Assembly: GCA_951406725.2 (NCBI GenBank) | Contig: OX597814.1 | Span: 206,274,001-206,338,000 of the forward strand | Source of the DNA: Octopus vulgaris | Taxonomy: Eukaryota | DNA: 64,000 bases | Reading direction: 5' to 3' | Shown here: piece by piece, positions 23,287-38,900 of the stretch | Position numbering within the stretch: the first letter of the stretch is position 1 | Layout: each line of letters begins with the position of its first letter | The notes under the pieces: model-generated | The model's input: only the letters and a program-made list of their open reading frames with translations | The model's database searches: none | What the model was told of the DNA's origin: nothing | Program-made: the position numbers and the translations under genes

Positions 23287-24477
23287 CTAAGGAGCGATAT
23301 ATTAAAAACTGGCAAAACTAAAAAATGTTGAGGATAAATTAAGTTTATTATTGTTTCTGAAAATGCTAGTCATATTTCATTTCTACACAGTTTTGCTGCG
23401 GTTTATTTAGTTTAAATTCTTTATCCCTCAGTTTCTACTAAGACAGAGTAAAACTAATAATAGAGAAGTGAAAATAAATCTTTGGAAACAGCAACGCCGC
23501 CATGACTTACGGGGCAACGATAAGCACGCTTTCAAGGGAGATAATCACAGAAAGACTTGAAGGTTAAAATAAGATCGTAATACTTCATGTAAAGTAAAGT
23601 AAATATAACAAATGATCCAGAATCCTTGTTCGGTCCCGGGCCGATCAGAAAGTCTTATCAGCTCGTGCTAGTCACGAGACTAAACATCCCTGAAAGTTTC
23701 ATCCGAATCCATCCAGCAGTTCTTGAGATATCTTTTCCACGGACAAACAAACACGACTGAAAACAATACCTCCGCCTTAGTTAAGGCAGAGGCTATAATG
23801 ATGATGATGATATTGATGATATTGATGATGATGATGATGATGATGATGACGACGACGATGATGATAATGACAGTAGCAGTCAGTGGCGTTCATGGCTTCT
23901 CATCTTAAGTGATTGGAAGTGTTATCATGTACATGTTTTTTCTTGGTATAAAAGATGGGTCACAGCAAATATTCTAGTCAAACCACAGGATATGCTTGTC
24001 AGTTGTTTGACTTTAACCACTTGAGCATTTCCCTTAGTGGCTGACGATATGTGCATCTCTGATCACGAGCAGAAATAGTGGGGGAGCATCATGGACATGT
24101 GTTGAAAGGAATTGTTAAAGGTTTGGACAATTCACTTTTGGAAACATGGGTGGTTCACTCCACATCCATAAACAATCCTTATTCAGGGACCTTTTGAACG
24201 GGATGGGTTACTCGACCAGAAGAAAATTCTAACTGGGCCCCACCTGCAAGGTCATGCGTTGTTTATCTTGATATGAGATCATCATGTCGCGCACATACGT
24301 TTGTGATGCATGTGCCTGGTGTACCCTTATCAGACGGGTAGTCATGATGGGTATACTGGGCTCCGTATATTTTACCCCAGTGTCACTTTGATGGCAAGCA
24401 CTATTCTCTCACTCAATTATAATAAAAATAATAATAATAATAATAATAATGATAATAATAATTATAATATTAATAAA

Positions 24478-24519
<42 letters not shown>

Positions 24520-24828
24520 AATAATACTAAAATTATAATAATAATACTAAAATTATAATAATAATAATAGTAGTAGTAGTAGTAGTAGTAGTAGTTATAG
24601 GAATAATAATAATAATAATAATAATAATGATGATGTTGATGATGATGATAATTATACTAATAATAATAATAATAATAATAATGATAATAATAATGATAAT
24701 AATAATAATAATAATAATAATAACGAGAATAGTAGTAGTAGTAAAAGTAATAATAATAATATTATTATTATTATTAATAATAATAATAATAGAAATAATA
24801 ATAATAATAATAGTAGTAGTAGTAGTAA

Positions 24829-24862
<34 letters not shown>

Positions 24863-24948
24863 GGTGGTGGTGGTGGTGGTGGTGGTGGTGGTAGTAGTAG
24901 TACTTGTACTAGTAGTAGTAGTAATAGTAGTAGCAGTAGTAGTAGTCG

Positions 24949-24980
<32 letters not shown>

Positions 24981-25971
24981 GTAGTAGTAGTAGTAATTAT
25001 ACACAAGGCCTCAATTTTTGGGAAGGGATTACGTAGATTACATTGACCCCAGTAAGTAAAAACAGAAAATAAACAAACAGAGAAACGAGACGTGCAACAC
25101 AAAGTACATTCCTCTTCATCAGTTGTACCTGTTTCATCTACTTTGCGTTTTGAAAGTAAGGACAATACGCAACTTCGTTGAAACAGTCCTTCCCGTAGAG
25201 CAAATTAAATAAAATATGGGATTTTTTGCAGAGGGTGAAAGCGGTAACATGTTCTTAATAATGATGCGCACTCTTAACCTTTCTCTCCCTCTCCCGTTCT
25301 CGGCCTTCATTCTTTTGGCTTTCCTTTTCTTCTACCTTACTGTCTCTCCCTCTCTCTCTCTCATTCTTCATTATTTTCTCTACAACCATTCTCTTTTTTC
25401 TCTCCCTTTCTCTCACTCCTCCTCCTCCCTCCCGTCGTTGACCCGCGTCGAGACCTCTGCGACTGTCCTGGTTGCCTTCAAGTAGAGATGGCACTTTCTG
25501 TTGCTCCTTCGCCATTCTCAAAAAATAGCGTTCGTAAAAAAATTTATCTCGTTCGGCTTAACAGCCCTTCTTTTTTGTGTTATGTCCTGTCTTTTACTGT
25601 TTATATTTTGTTCTGTCGTTACTGTCCTGTTTTTGTTACCATTTTTACCCCTCCGCAAAAAATCACAAATTTTATTTAATTTGATTTTCGCGGGAAGGAT
25701 TGTTTCATTAAAGTAATGTAAACGTGGAGTAGATGAAACAAAGGCGACTGAAGAAGGGGAATTTTCCTTGTTTTGTATGTCCTGTACTCTATTATTTTGT
25801 TGCTTAAGAAAAATGTCCATTTCCTTGGTTTTGTGTTTATGTTTTCGTTTCTCATTGTGTTCGACGTTTTTTTGGTGTCCTGTACCCATATATGCATGTA
25901 TATATACATGTAGAGGTAGGTACGTACATATATGTATGTATATACGCATATGTTTTATTTATTTATTAATT

Positions 25972-26015
<44 letters not shown>

Positions 26016-29000
26016 TATATACTTTTCTATTCTAGGCACAAGGCCCGAAATTTTTGGGGATGGGGCCAGTTGTTTACATCGACCCTAGTAGGCAACTGGT
26101 ACAGAATTTATCGGCACCGAAAGGATGGAATGCAAAGTCGTTCTCGACGGAATTTGAACTCAGAACGCAATGGCAGACGAAATACCTATTTCTTTACTAC
26201 CTCCAAGGGCTAAACACAGAGAGGACAAGCAAGGACAGACAAACGGATTAAGTCGATTATATTGACACCAGTGAGCAACTAGTACTTAATTTATTGACCT
26301 CGAAAGGATGAAAGGCATATTCGACCTCGGCTGAATTTGGATTCAGAACGTAACGGCAGACGAAATACCGCTAGGTATTTCTCCAGGTTGGCCAACGATT
26401 CTGCCAGCCAGCAGAACGTATATACAACACTATAATCTACTATACATACATATATCTCTCCATACATATATATGTAAATAGGCGCTGGCCCCCTTGTACA
26501 CACATGAGTCGGCAGACATATTGAAAGAAAATATTAGTTTAAAACAATTTAAAATTTAGCTTATTTGGAATGTAAGAGTAATGCTTCCTGTATCAAATAA
26601 TTGATGTTTGTACAGTAAAAATAACAATTTAAAAATAATCATTCGTTTCTGGCCAGTTTTTCACATTCGAATTTGAGTTCTTAGCAGCATACAGAAAGAA
26701 ACTACTCTCCTGGAAGGAACCAAATGTTGCAACTATGTGAGTTTCAATTCTCTTTTTGTAGTTTTCAGTTTTATCCACATTTTCTCGCGATATTGTAATA
26801 TAAATTCTCTCTGATTATTCACAGCTACTTCACCATTGTATATTTATACATACATTTATAAAACTATATTCATACATATTTTCGCAACCGCTGAGTTAAG
26901 GACCTCAGATCTGAAAAAGATCTGAGCTCTTTCAGCTAAACATAGCCTACAGGTATTTGATCCATTAACATAAGGTATAGATTTCTCAATTATTTTCCAC
27001 CTAATCACATATGGTGTTTCGGTAGCTTTCAAATTACATACATGGCTAGCCAACTTAATAGCTTTGCTTTTGTCCTTATGTCGGAAAGAGGCTATGTGAT
27101 TAGCATAGCGATTTTTTAAATTCCCCTTCACATGATCCAATATAGGTTTTCTTATCAGTTGTATTAACATTTAGCGTAGCAGTAACTTCTGCATCATATA
27201 TGACAAATTTAATCATACATCGTTGGTCAAGTGGACAGGACCCTGGGTTGTGACAGTTACAACTGGATTTAGGCTCTTGGTATTCATCTCGTGTAACGAT
27301 ACTCTTCATGTTGGGGCAAAAGCTGCTATAAGATAATTTCTTAGAAAGCCTATTAAATACTTTCTTCTATGTGTGGGTTGCTGAAAAGCTGCTGCAACAC
27401 AAAGAATTCATCATTCTCCTTTGACGATAACTGCTAGTCCTGATTAACAATTCGCTGTAAAGAAAATGCCGGCTCAACGACGTAATTAGAACGAACCAAT
27501 TTCTTCTTATTCTTCGAAATTGTTTTTGTGCATATTCGTAATCTTCGACATCTAAAACGTAGGAATCCGATAAATTTGTTTTGCAAAATATGTATTTTTC
27601 AAGGAGAGGTGCGAAGCTGCATTAGCCCTAATACTCCAATGGCCTGCGCAAGACATATCCCCTGACAGTCAAGCCCGACTTGTTCGCCGAACGAACAGGA
27701 GAATCGAGGGAAAAGGCGAATATCTAGCGCTTATTTACGTTATAGCTAACCTCCTCGTACAAATAACTTAATCTTTTCGCATTTTGCGCTGCCGTTATTT
27801 GTCGTAAGTTTTAATAAAAGTTTTTGTTAATTGGATTTCTTATTATATAATTCGGTTTTATTTTATTAGCGTCATTGGTATTTTTATCTATACTAAATAC
27901 TATTTCAATTTTTCTACCTTTATCTCACCCGATATGATTACCATCCAAATTCCTATCGCTTTTATCAGAGGATATAAACTTATTTTTCTTAATATCATCA
28001 TTAGGATATATGTATTTGCTTTGGGACCCATTCGCCTTGAAGACCGGTGATTGTCGTGCGCTGATGACGGGTAATTACTCATAAACCAGGGTCCGTGCGT
28101 ATCACGTCAGGTCGACGATGGGAAGGATGGCTTCCCTTTGCAAATACTGATAGGACACAGAAAGTGTGTCAATAGCCAGCTGGAGAAGATGTTCTCCTGG
28201 GGCTACAAGCTACAGTATACACATATCTGTACATACATATATATGTAAATAGCCGCATGCCCCTTAGTACACACATGAGTCGGCAGACATATTGAAAGAA
28301 AACATTAATTTAAAACAATTTAAAATTTAGCTTGTTTGGAATGTAAGAGTAATGCTTCCTGTATCAAATAATTGATGTTTGTACAGTAAAAATAACAATT
28401 TAAAAATAGTCATTCGTTTCTGGCCAAATTTTCACATTCGAATTTACGTTCTTAGCAGCATACAGAAAGAAACTACTCTCCTAGAAGGAACCAAATGTTG
28501 CAACTATGTGAGTTTCAATTCTTTTTTATAATTTTCAGTTTCATCCACATTTTCTCGCGATATTGTAATATAAATTCTCTCTGATTATTCACAGCTACTT
28601 CACCATTGTATATTTATACATACATTTATAAAACTATATTCATACATATTTTCGCAACCGCTGAGTTAAGGACCTCAGATCTGAAAAAGATCTGAGCTCT
28701 TTCAGCTAAACATAGCCTACATGTATTTGATCCATTAACATAAGGTATAGATTTCTCAATTATTTTCCACCTAATCACATATGGTGTTTCGGTAGCTTTC
28801 AAACTACATACATGGCTAGCCAACTTAATAGCTTTGCTTTTGTCCTTATGTCGGAAAGAGGCTATGTGATTAGCATAGCGATTTTTTAAATTCCCCTTCA
28901 CATGATCCAATATAGGTTTTCTTATCAGTTGTATTAACATTTAGCGTAGCAGTAACTTCTGCATCATATATGACAAGTTTAATCATACATCGTTGGTCAA

Positions 29001-30078
29001 GTGGACAGGACCCTGTGGTTAGCCACATTTCGATGGCAAATATACTTCACAAAATTTATGTATTTTCGTTAAATTTCAATTTTTCTCTATATTCCACCTT
29101 ACTCACTGCTAGGTTATAATGGTCTTCCTTTTGCGAAATGCTTGGCGGTATTTCGTCTGTCTTTACGTTCTAAGTTCAAATTCCGTCGAGGTCGGCTTTG
29201 CCTTTCATCCTTTCGGGGTCGATAAATTAAGCACCAGTTGCGTACTGATGTCGATCTAATCGACTTAATCCGCTCCACCAAAATTCCGGACCTGGTGCCT
29301 TGATGAGAAAAGACAAAGATAATAGTCTTACTTTTGCGAAATGCTTGGCGGTATTTCGTCTGCCGTTACGTTTTGAGTTCAAATTCCGCCTAGGTCGACT
29401 TTGCCTTTCATCCTTTCGGGGTTGATAAATTAAGCATCAGTTGCGTACTGGGGTCGATATAATCGACTTAATCCCTCCCCCAGAATTTCGGTCCAAGTCT
29501 TTGTTTCGCTTAAATATTTCTTCACCAGCCGTTAGGTTCGAAATATGTGCAGATACCTTTTCAGCTATTTTCTATCTTATGGATGATTGCTGTTTTTATA
29601 AACGAATTTTTTGTGTGTTTAATATTTATTTTATTAAACCGATTAATTACCTCATATGAGCTAGACCAAAGTGTAAGATTAATTATATTTCTTGATCCGG
29701 GTATATACTCATCCATAATCAGCTTACTTATCTTGCCTATGTCAGATTTTGATGGGTATATATTAGTCTTGAAATTAGTTTTGTGATATTTAATGTTAAG
29801 TCTTGGTAGTTTAACTTTCTAAGGTGCAGATTTATTGACGATCTTATATTTATCCATTATCTCCCTGGCTATTAAGTTTATTCTTTTTAGATTGCTTCTG
29901 CTTGTTACTTTATAGTTCTTTTGGTTGGGATAAAACAGGATGTGCAAAAAGTCTCTCCGCAGTAAGTATTTTATTGCAAAATAAATATCTTATTTGATGG
30001 TTTATAAGACGCGACTTTATTTCTTTTTTTTAACCCCCAAATGGTTTTAAAAATCCCTCTGAGTCCAATGCACTTAAT

Positions 30079-33000
30079 AATGTTCGTCCTTCGGGTTCGA
30101 AGATGACCAGTGACATCATTTGGTGGAATTACTCCTCTGAGACCGGAGGTGGCTGGTGAGGCCAATCCGGGCAAGAAAGCCCCTCCCACAGGTGGGGCAG
30201 AAGTGGGTAGGGGCTGTGCTATTGGTGCAGGTGGCTCTGGCTTTCCGCATCTGGCGTTTCTGTTCTGCTGACTGAATCCGTCTCTCCTCGGCTGTCTTTG
30301 CTCCTGTGGTGATTGCGCTGCGCCAGGATGAGCGGTGTCTCCCAAGTTTCTGTGCCGATGGAGAAGTCTTTGAGAGAGACTTTGAGACTGTCCTTGAAGC
30401 GCTTCTTCTGCCCTCCGATTTTGCATTTTCCCTGGCTGAGTTCACCGTAGAAGAGCTGTTTTGGGATGCGAGTGTCGGACATGCGGGAGACGTAACCTGC
30501 CCATCTCAGCTGGGCCTTGCGCATGATCGTGATGGTGCTAGGGAGATCTGCCTACTTCAGAACTTCCGTGTCTGGGACTTTGTCCTGCCAGCGGATGTGA
30601 AGGAGGTTCCGAAGACACCTTAGGTGGAAGTGGTTTATCTGGCGCTCGTGCCTTCGGTAAGCAGTCCACGTCTCGCAGCCGTATAGTAGGGTGGTAAGCA
30701 CGACTGCCCGGTAGACCTTCAGCTTGGTGTTGAGGCTGATTCCTCTCCGCTCCCAGACTTTCTTTCGCACTCTCCCAAACGTGCTGCTTGCCTTGGAGAT
30801 TCTGTTGATGATTTCAGCATCTATGTTGGCATTGCAGGAGAGAGTGCTGCCCAGGAAGGTGAAGTTTTCCACCACTCGTAGGATCCGTCCGTTCACCTTT
30901 ATCTGAGGCTCATGGTATTGTTAGCCGGGGGCTGGCTGAAACATCACTTCGGTTTTATTGGCACTGATGGTGAGACCGAAGTTGTCACAGGCTGATGAGA
31001 ACCTGTCCATCCCGAGCTGCATCTTCTGTTCATCGATTGCGTTAAGGGCGCAGTAGTCAGCAAAGAGAAAGTATCTGATGTCTGTCTCCCTCAACTCTGT
31101 GACGGCCTGCAATCTTCTGGAGTTGAAAAATTTCCCGTCCGTCCTGTACTTGATGTCGATACCGGACTTGCAGTCCCTGAAGGCATCGGACATCATTGCC
31201 GAGAACATGATGCTGAACAGTGTTGGGGCCAGGACACAGCCCTGCCTGACTCCGTTGGTCACCTGGAAGACTTCAGATGAGTTGCCGTCTTCAAGGACTC
31301 TGGCTGTCATTCCGTCGTGGAACTGGCGGACAATTGCAATAAATTTGCTGGGGCAACCAAATTTTCCCATGACCTTCCAGAGTCCCTCCCGACTGACTGT
31401 ATCGAAAGCCCTGGTGAGGTCAACAAAGGTTATGCAGAGGTCAAGGTGCTGCTCCATGCATTTCTCCTAGAGCTGGCGGGCGACGAATATCATGTCAGTG
31501 GTCCCTCGACCTGCGCGGAAGCCACACTGGCTCTCAGGGAGAAGGCCTTGCTCCAAGTGTTCCAGAAGGCGGTCAAGCAGGACTCGGGCAAGGATCTTGC
31601 CTGCTATGTACAAGAGGGAGATTCCTCGGTGGTTGTCGCAGGTCTGGCGATCTCCTTTCCGCTTATAAATGTGGACGATTGTTGCGTCCCGGAAATCTTG
31701 AGGAGTTGTTCCCTGTCCCACATCGACTGGAACAGGCTGGTGAGCTGACTGATCATGGTGGGGCCGCCCGACTTGAACACTTCTGCAGGGATGGCGTCAG
31801 AGCCTGGAGATTTGCCGGTGGACAATTTTTTGGTGGCTCTGCTCACTTCCTCGACTGCAGGGGGAACAGCCGGCTCGTGGTTTGTCGGCACCTGGGGTAG
31901 TCGTGCGATGGCTTCCTCGTTGATCTGGGCTGGTCGGTTGAGCACGATGTTAAAATGCTCCCCCCATCTCTCCAGGATCAGCCTCTTGTTAGTCAGGAGT
32001 GAGGTTCCATCAGAGCTGAGCAGGGTGGTTGATCCAAAGGAGGACTGCAGTCCATAGACAGCTTTCAGCACCTCATAGAATTTCTTGGTGTCGTGTTTGT
32101 CTGCATATCCCTGAATCTCATCCGCCTTGGCGCTTAACCATGCGTCTTTCATGAGGCGGAGTTTTGCCTGGACTGTGCTGCGAATGTTGTTGAAAGCAGC
32201 CTTCTTTGCCGTGCAGGTGGTATCATTTTGGTGGACCCGAAGCAGACGGCGTTTCTCTTCCATGAGCTTTTGGATTTCCTGGTCGTTTTCGTCGAACCAG
32301 TCCTGGTGGTTCCTCGTAACTTGGCCTAGAGTTTCAAGGGCGATGGAATGAGCCGTGTCCCTGAATGATTCCCACTGCTCATCGATGCTGGACTGGTCAT
32401 TCCGAATGTCCAACAGCTTGCTGTCCATACGTGACTGGAGATCTTGTGCAGTCAGCTGGTTCTTTAATTTCGTGATGTTAAGCTTCCTCGTCATTTTCTG
32501 ACCCTGTGGTCTTCTCTTAGGTTGGATGTAGAAATCCATCCTGGAGATGATGAGGCGATGGTCCGCCCAGCAATCAGCTCCACATATGGATTTGACCAGT
32601 CTCACGTCCCGCCTGTCTTTCGCCCTGACGATGACGTAATCTATCAGATGCCAGTGTTTGGAGCGTGGATGCATCCATGATGTCTTGTTGTGTGTTGGCA
32701 GACGGAACAAGGTGTTGGCGATGGTAAGATCATGAGAGGCGCACGCCCGCAGGAGGAGCTGCCCCTTGTTGTTGCACTTTACGATTCCTTGCTTTCCCAG
32801 TACGCGATGCCAGGCTTGGTGGTCAGTCCCGACACGGGCGTTAAAGTCCCCAATGAGGATGAGCTTCCCAGGCTGGGCTGACGTGATGAGGGAGTCAAGT
32901 TCCTCATAGAACCTGTCCTTAACTTCTTCAGGGTTGGTCATGGTGGGGACGTAAGCGCTGATGATGGTCGCACTAGTCTTGTTTCCAAGTGGGAGCTGCA

Positions 33001-34037
33001 TCTTCATCAGCTGATCGTTGATACCCTCGGGGGAGCTTTCCAGTTTCCGCACGTGTACTGACTTGATGGCAAAACCAACACCAGCCTCACGACGCTCTTC
33101 GCTGCTGCGACCACTCCAAAAGAAAGTGTAGCCACCGCCTCTCTCTGTCAGCTGGCCTTTGTCCGCAAGGGGGTCTCGCTCACTGCTGCGATATCAACAT
33201 TGTATCGGCTCAGTTCTCTGGCCACCAGGGCAGTTCGTCTCTCTGGTCTGTCCGCTTTGGTGTTGTCAAGCAGAGTTCTCACGTTCCAAGTTGCGAAAGT
33301 GAGCACCTTTGTTCGTTTTCTTTCTTTGTTTCGACCGCTTGGAAAGGACCCCCGCCAGCCGCGGTTTGCTGACCAGGGTGAGGTGAGGCAGGCTATGTTT
33401 AGAGCAACCTTTTCTAGCCCCGTCCTCATGCTGCGGAGGCGAGCAGAGCGATCCTGAAGAGAGCTGCTCGGTCACTCAGGTGGGTGCCGGACTCCACTGC
33501 TGCCTCAGTTCAGTGAGGGGCGACTACATGTCCTGAGCCGCCTGTGTGTGGGTTCACGACTGCAGCTCCCAGTGTATCCTCACCTGCTACTTCGCCGTTT
33601 CCCCATCGCCACAGGACTTTGTGATGTTGGTGTCATGATGTCATGACGTGCGCGTGACTTGGATTATAGTGAGGGTGACTTGCGCAGGATCAGCCTCACT
33701 CTCTCGTCCTGGTGCGCCGGATCCAGTGGCAAGACAAAGTCAAGACGGCTGGGGGTAGACCAGGATGCAGGAGCTGCCGGAAGGTGGCACGCATGTCGCA
33801 ATCGAACCGCCTTAGGGGCTCCACTCTGGATTTATGTGGGTTTTTGGATGGCCATTGACTCATGAGAGAGTTCCTCTGCTCTTTGACAGGTTTTGTTTTT
33901 AGTCCTGTTGGGTGTCCAAATAACCCTCCTCACCAAGAAATCTTGCTGGGGTTGACAGTTTAGTCGCCAACGACTCGACCATGTAACAAGTTGTACTGGG
34001 TTACATGTTACCAGTAGCTTCGAGCGGAGACCTGACA
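30079..34037 (-). mobile_element. RTE-clade LINE, duplicate copy
   Basis: Same motifs; TSD caatgcacttaat at 30066-30078 and 34038-34050. Confidence 0.95.
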
Positions 34038-35851
34038 CAATGCACTTAATGTAGGCTCAAAACGGTATGTATGTTTACAAAACGTATGCTGCCATTTATT
34101 GGTGAACAATCGCCTACGGTAGGTTTATATCGAATATGGATGCAATAAATTGCTTATAATTACCGGTAATAACGTAAAATTATACAGGCAAGTGGAGGAA
34201 TGAAAATATTATTTTAGTGGTAATTTATTTTACAAAAGTATAGCCTAGACTAATGTGCGTCCTATGCACTCGTGCGTCTTATAAGCCATCAAAAACGGTA
34301 TTTATAAGATGGTATAAGTCTACAAAAGAATATATTAGTCATTACAAGACTTTAACAAACTTTATAAGAGGTGTTGAAAATGTCGTCCTTCATTTTCAGT
34401 ACAGAAGTTGACTCTTCTACACATGTTTTGAAATACATCTTGGAGAGTCTGACGCGGTATGGACCGTGCGAAGGTGATGATTGCGTCTTTTAGCCTTCAC
34501 TGCGGTCAGACGTTTTGAATACCCTATAATTTGTTCAGGTGGTATCCAAAATGTAATTAAATTTTACCCTGATGAAGCATCACCAGTCATTAATATCAAA
34601 ATGCATACCAGGATAGAAAAAATCGACTGTTTTTCTATCCAAAATGGTTTTTCAACCTTATATTCATATATATTTATAGCCTTGTCTGTCGAGATCCACT
34701 GTTCCAAAGAAAAAGAATATAATCCTAATAAAGGATAAAAAGTTCAGGGAAATTTCAAATCGGTTGAGTACAAAATCGATCGTATTTTCTGATTGAGATA
34801 TACAATAATTATAATTTTCGACACACCATATAGACAACAATTTAAAATCCGAACACACCTGGCCTAAAGAAAAGTTAGTATAAACAGCATAATTCTCGGG
34901 AAAACTTAATAATATTGAACTGACGTAAGTATGTGCGCCAAATTTATTGATTGTTTGAAGAGATCTCTTGTAGCTGAAGGTGAGGTGTTTTACTTTTCCG
35001 AAGCTCAATATTGTGACTGAAGTTGCTTTGTTTACAGTTACACTTGGCGAGTTCGGCTTCGCTTAAACGGATTTCTGAAGCGTGAGATAAAATCGTAGAT
35101 TGATTGGTAACATTTTTTGTTTTGAATCTTTTCGTACATCTACGCTGCTGTTTGTTTGAGGAAATCGTTTCATCGTTGCCAAGCGGTTATTTACCAACCT
35201 GAAAACTTCCTATGAACATTCTATGCTTTGCTTCTCTGATGAGGAAATCTTCGACTAAGACCAAAAGTCTAACTGGAAATATAATAAGCAGCTATGTGCA
35301 AATCCTTTTGCTGTCTTCTGAAAGATGCACCGTAAGTTCCCGGCAACTGTGATGGTTTTATGAAAGGCATATAACGAAGTTCATGTCATGCCACTTCGCA
35401 TCTTTCCACAGGGACTTGCAATTAATGTTGTTGGATATGTTGAAGTGCTGGAGACAGTTATCAAAACCTGGATGGGAGAAATTCGCAATGGAAGGCCATA
35501 CGTATTTGAATAAGACTCAGCACGTTCTGAAAAAGCTCACGTAACACTAAAAGGGCTGTCAGACGACTGTTATGAACATATATTAACAAGCTTTTAGCTC
35601 CAAATTTCGTCAGATTTAAATTCTATGGACTGTTACGGATGAAGTGTTATCCAAAGGAGACATTCTCACAGTACCATAGATTCATTGAAGACTACCGATG
35701 TGTAAACGATGTCTGCAGTGAACAAAGACGGCTAAAATAGATTTGCTTTTTCTTAGTTCAGGGTTGTTTTATCAGATTACAAAATATGTTCCCAAATACC
35801 TCTTGCACCATCTCTCTTTGAATACAATCATATTTGATTTATTATTATTAC

Positions 35852-35884
<33 letters not shown>

Positions 35885-35918
35885 TTTTATTATTAAGGCT
35901 ATATAGGACCGAGGTAAC

Positions 35919-38900
35919 TCAACCAGTTTCACATGATATGGCACTCTTCTGTTTATTCCTCTATAACTTCTGGATGAGTTACCTCGGTCCCATAGAGTCT
36001 TAACAAAAGTGGATTAGACTGACGTGGAAGGCACGCTAGATGCCGGAATATCGTTCAACCAGTTTCACATGATATGGCACTCTTCTATTTATTCCTCTAT
36101 AACTTCTGGATGAGTTACCTCGGTCCCATAGAGTCTTAACAAAAAGTGGATTAGACTGACGTGGAAGGCACGCTAGATGCCGGAATATCGTTCAACCAGT
36201 TTCACATGATATGGCACTCTTCTATTTATTCCTCTATAACTTCTGGATGAGTTACCTCGGTCCCATAGAGTCTTAACAAAAAGTGGATTAGACTGACGTG
36301 GAAGGCACGCTAGATGCCGGAATATCGTTCAACCAGTTTCACATGATATGGCACTCTTCTATTTATTCCTCTATAACTTCTGGATGAGTTACCTCGGTCC
36401 CATAGAGTCTTAACAAAAAGTGGATTAGACTGACGTGGAAGGCACGCTAGATGCCGGAATATCGTTCAACCAGTTTCACATGATATGGCACTCTTCTATT
36501 TATTCCTCTATAACTTCTGGATGAGTTACCTCGGTCCCATAGAGTCTTAACAAAAAGTGGATTAGACTGACGTGGAAGGCACGCTAGATGCCGGAATATC
36601 GTTCAACCAATTTCACATGATATGGCACTCTTCTATTTATTCCTCTATAACTTCTGGATGAGTTACCTCGGTCCCATAGAGTCTTAACAAAAAGTGGATT
36701 AGACTGACGTGGAAGGCACGCTAGATGCCGGAATATCGTTCAACCAATTTCACATGATATGGCACTCTTCTATTTATTCCTCTATAACTTCTGGATGAGT
36801 TACCTCGGTCCCATAGAGTCTTAACAAAAAGTGGATTAGACTGACGTGGAAGGCACGCTAGATGCCGGAATATCGTTCAACCAGTTTCACATGATATGGC
36901 ACTCTTGTATTTATTCCTCTATAACTTCTGGATGAGTTACCTCGGTCCCATAGAGTCTTAACAAAAAGTGGATTAGACTGACGTGGAAGGCACGCTAGAT
37001 GCCGGAATATCGTTCAACCAGTTTCACATGATATGGCACTCTTCTATTTATTCCTCTATAACTTCTGGATGAGTTACCTCGGTCCCATAGAGTCTTAACA
37101 AAAAGTGGATTAGACTGACGTGGAAGGCACGCTAGATGCCGGAATATCGTTCAACCAGTTTCACATGATATGGCACTCTTCTGTTTATTTCTCTATAACT
37201 TCTGGATGAGTTACCTCGGTCCCATAGAGTCTTAACAAAAAGTGGATTAGACTGACGTGGAAGGCACGCTAGATGCCGGAATATCGTTCAACCAATTTCA
37301 CATGATATGGCACTCTTCTATTTATTCCTCTATAACTTCTGGATGAGTTACCTCGGTCCCATAGAGTCTTAACAAAAAGTGGATTAGACTGACGTGGAAG
37401 GCACGCTAGATGCCGGAATATCGTTCAACCAGTTTCACATGATATGGCACTCTTCTATTTATTCCTCTATAACTTCTGGATGAGTTACCTCGGTCCCATA
37501 GAGTCTTAACAAAAAGTGGATTAGACTGACGTGGAAGGCACGCTAGATGCCGGAATATCGTTCAACCAGTTTCACATGATATGGCACTCTTCTATTTATT
37601 CCTCTATAACTTCTGGATGAGTTACCTCGGTCCCATAGAGTCTTAACAAAAAGTGGATTAGACTGACGTGGAAGGCACGCTAGATGCCGGAATATCGTTC
37701 AACCAATTTCACATGATATGGCACTCTTCTATTTATTTCTCTATAACTTCTGGATGAGTTACCTCGGTCCCATAGAGTCTTAACAAAAAGTGGATTAGAC
37801 TGACGTGGAAGGCACGCTAGATGCCGGAATATCGTTCAACCAGTTTCACATGATATGGCACTCTTCTATTTATTCCTCTATAACTTCTGGATGAGTTACC
37901 TCGGTCCCATAGAGTCTTAACAAAAAGTGGATTAGACTGACGTGGAAGGCACGCTAGATGCCGGAATATCGTTCAACCAGTTTCACATGATATGGCACTC
38001 TTCTATTTATTCCTCTATAACTTCTGGATGAGTTACCTCGGTCCCATAGAGTCTTAACAAAAAGTGGATTAGACTGACGTGGAAGGCACGCTAGATGCCG
38101 GAATATCGTTCAACCAATTTCACATGATATGGCACTCTTCTATTTATTCCTCTATAACTTCTGGATGAGTTACCTCGGTCCCATAGAGTCTTAACAAAAA
38201 GTGGATTAGACTGACGTGGAAGGCACGCTAGATGCCGGAATATCGTTCAACCAGTTTCACATGATATGGCACTCTTCTATTTATTCCTCTATAACTTCTG
38301 GATGAGTTACCTCGGTCCCATAGAGTCTTAACAAAAAGTGGATTAGACTGACGTGGAAGGCACGCTAGATGCCGGAATATCGTTCAACCAGTTTCACATG
38401 ATATGGCACTCTTCTATTTATTCCTCTATAACTTCTGGATGAGTTACCTCGGTCCCATAGAGTCTTAACAAAAAGTGGATTAGACTGACGTGGAAGGCAC
38501 GCTAGATGCCGGAATATCGTTCAACCAGTTTCACATGATATGGCACTCTTCTATTTATTTCTCTATAACTTCTGGATGAGTTACCTCGGTCCCATAGAGT
38601 CTTAACAAAAAGTGGATTAGACTGACGTGGAAGGCACGCTAGATGCCGGAATATCGTTCAACCAGTTTCACATGATATGGCACTCTTCTATTTATTCCTC
38701 TATAACTTCTGGATGAGTTACCTCGGTCCCTTAGAGTCTTAACAAAAAGTGGATTAGACTGACGTGGAAGGCACGCTAGATGCCGGAATATCGTTCAACC
38801 AGTTTCACATGATATGGCACTCTTCTATTTATTTCTCTATAACTTCTGGATGAGTTACCTCGGTCCCATAGAGTCTTAACAAAAAGTGGATTAGACTGAC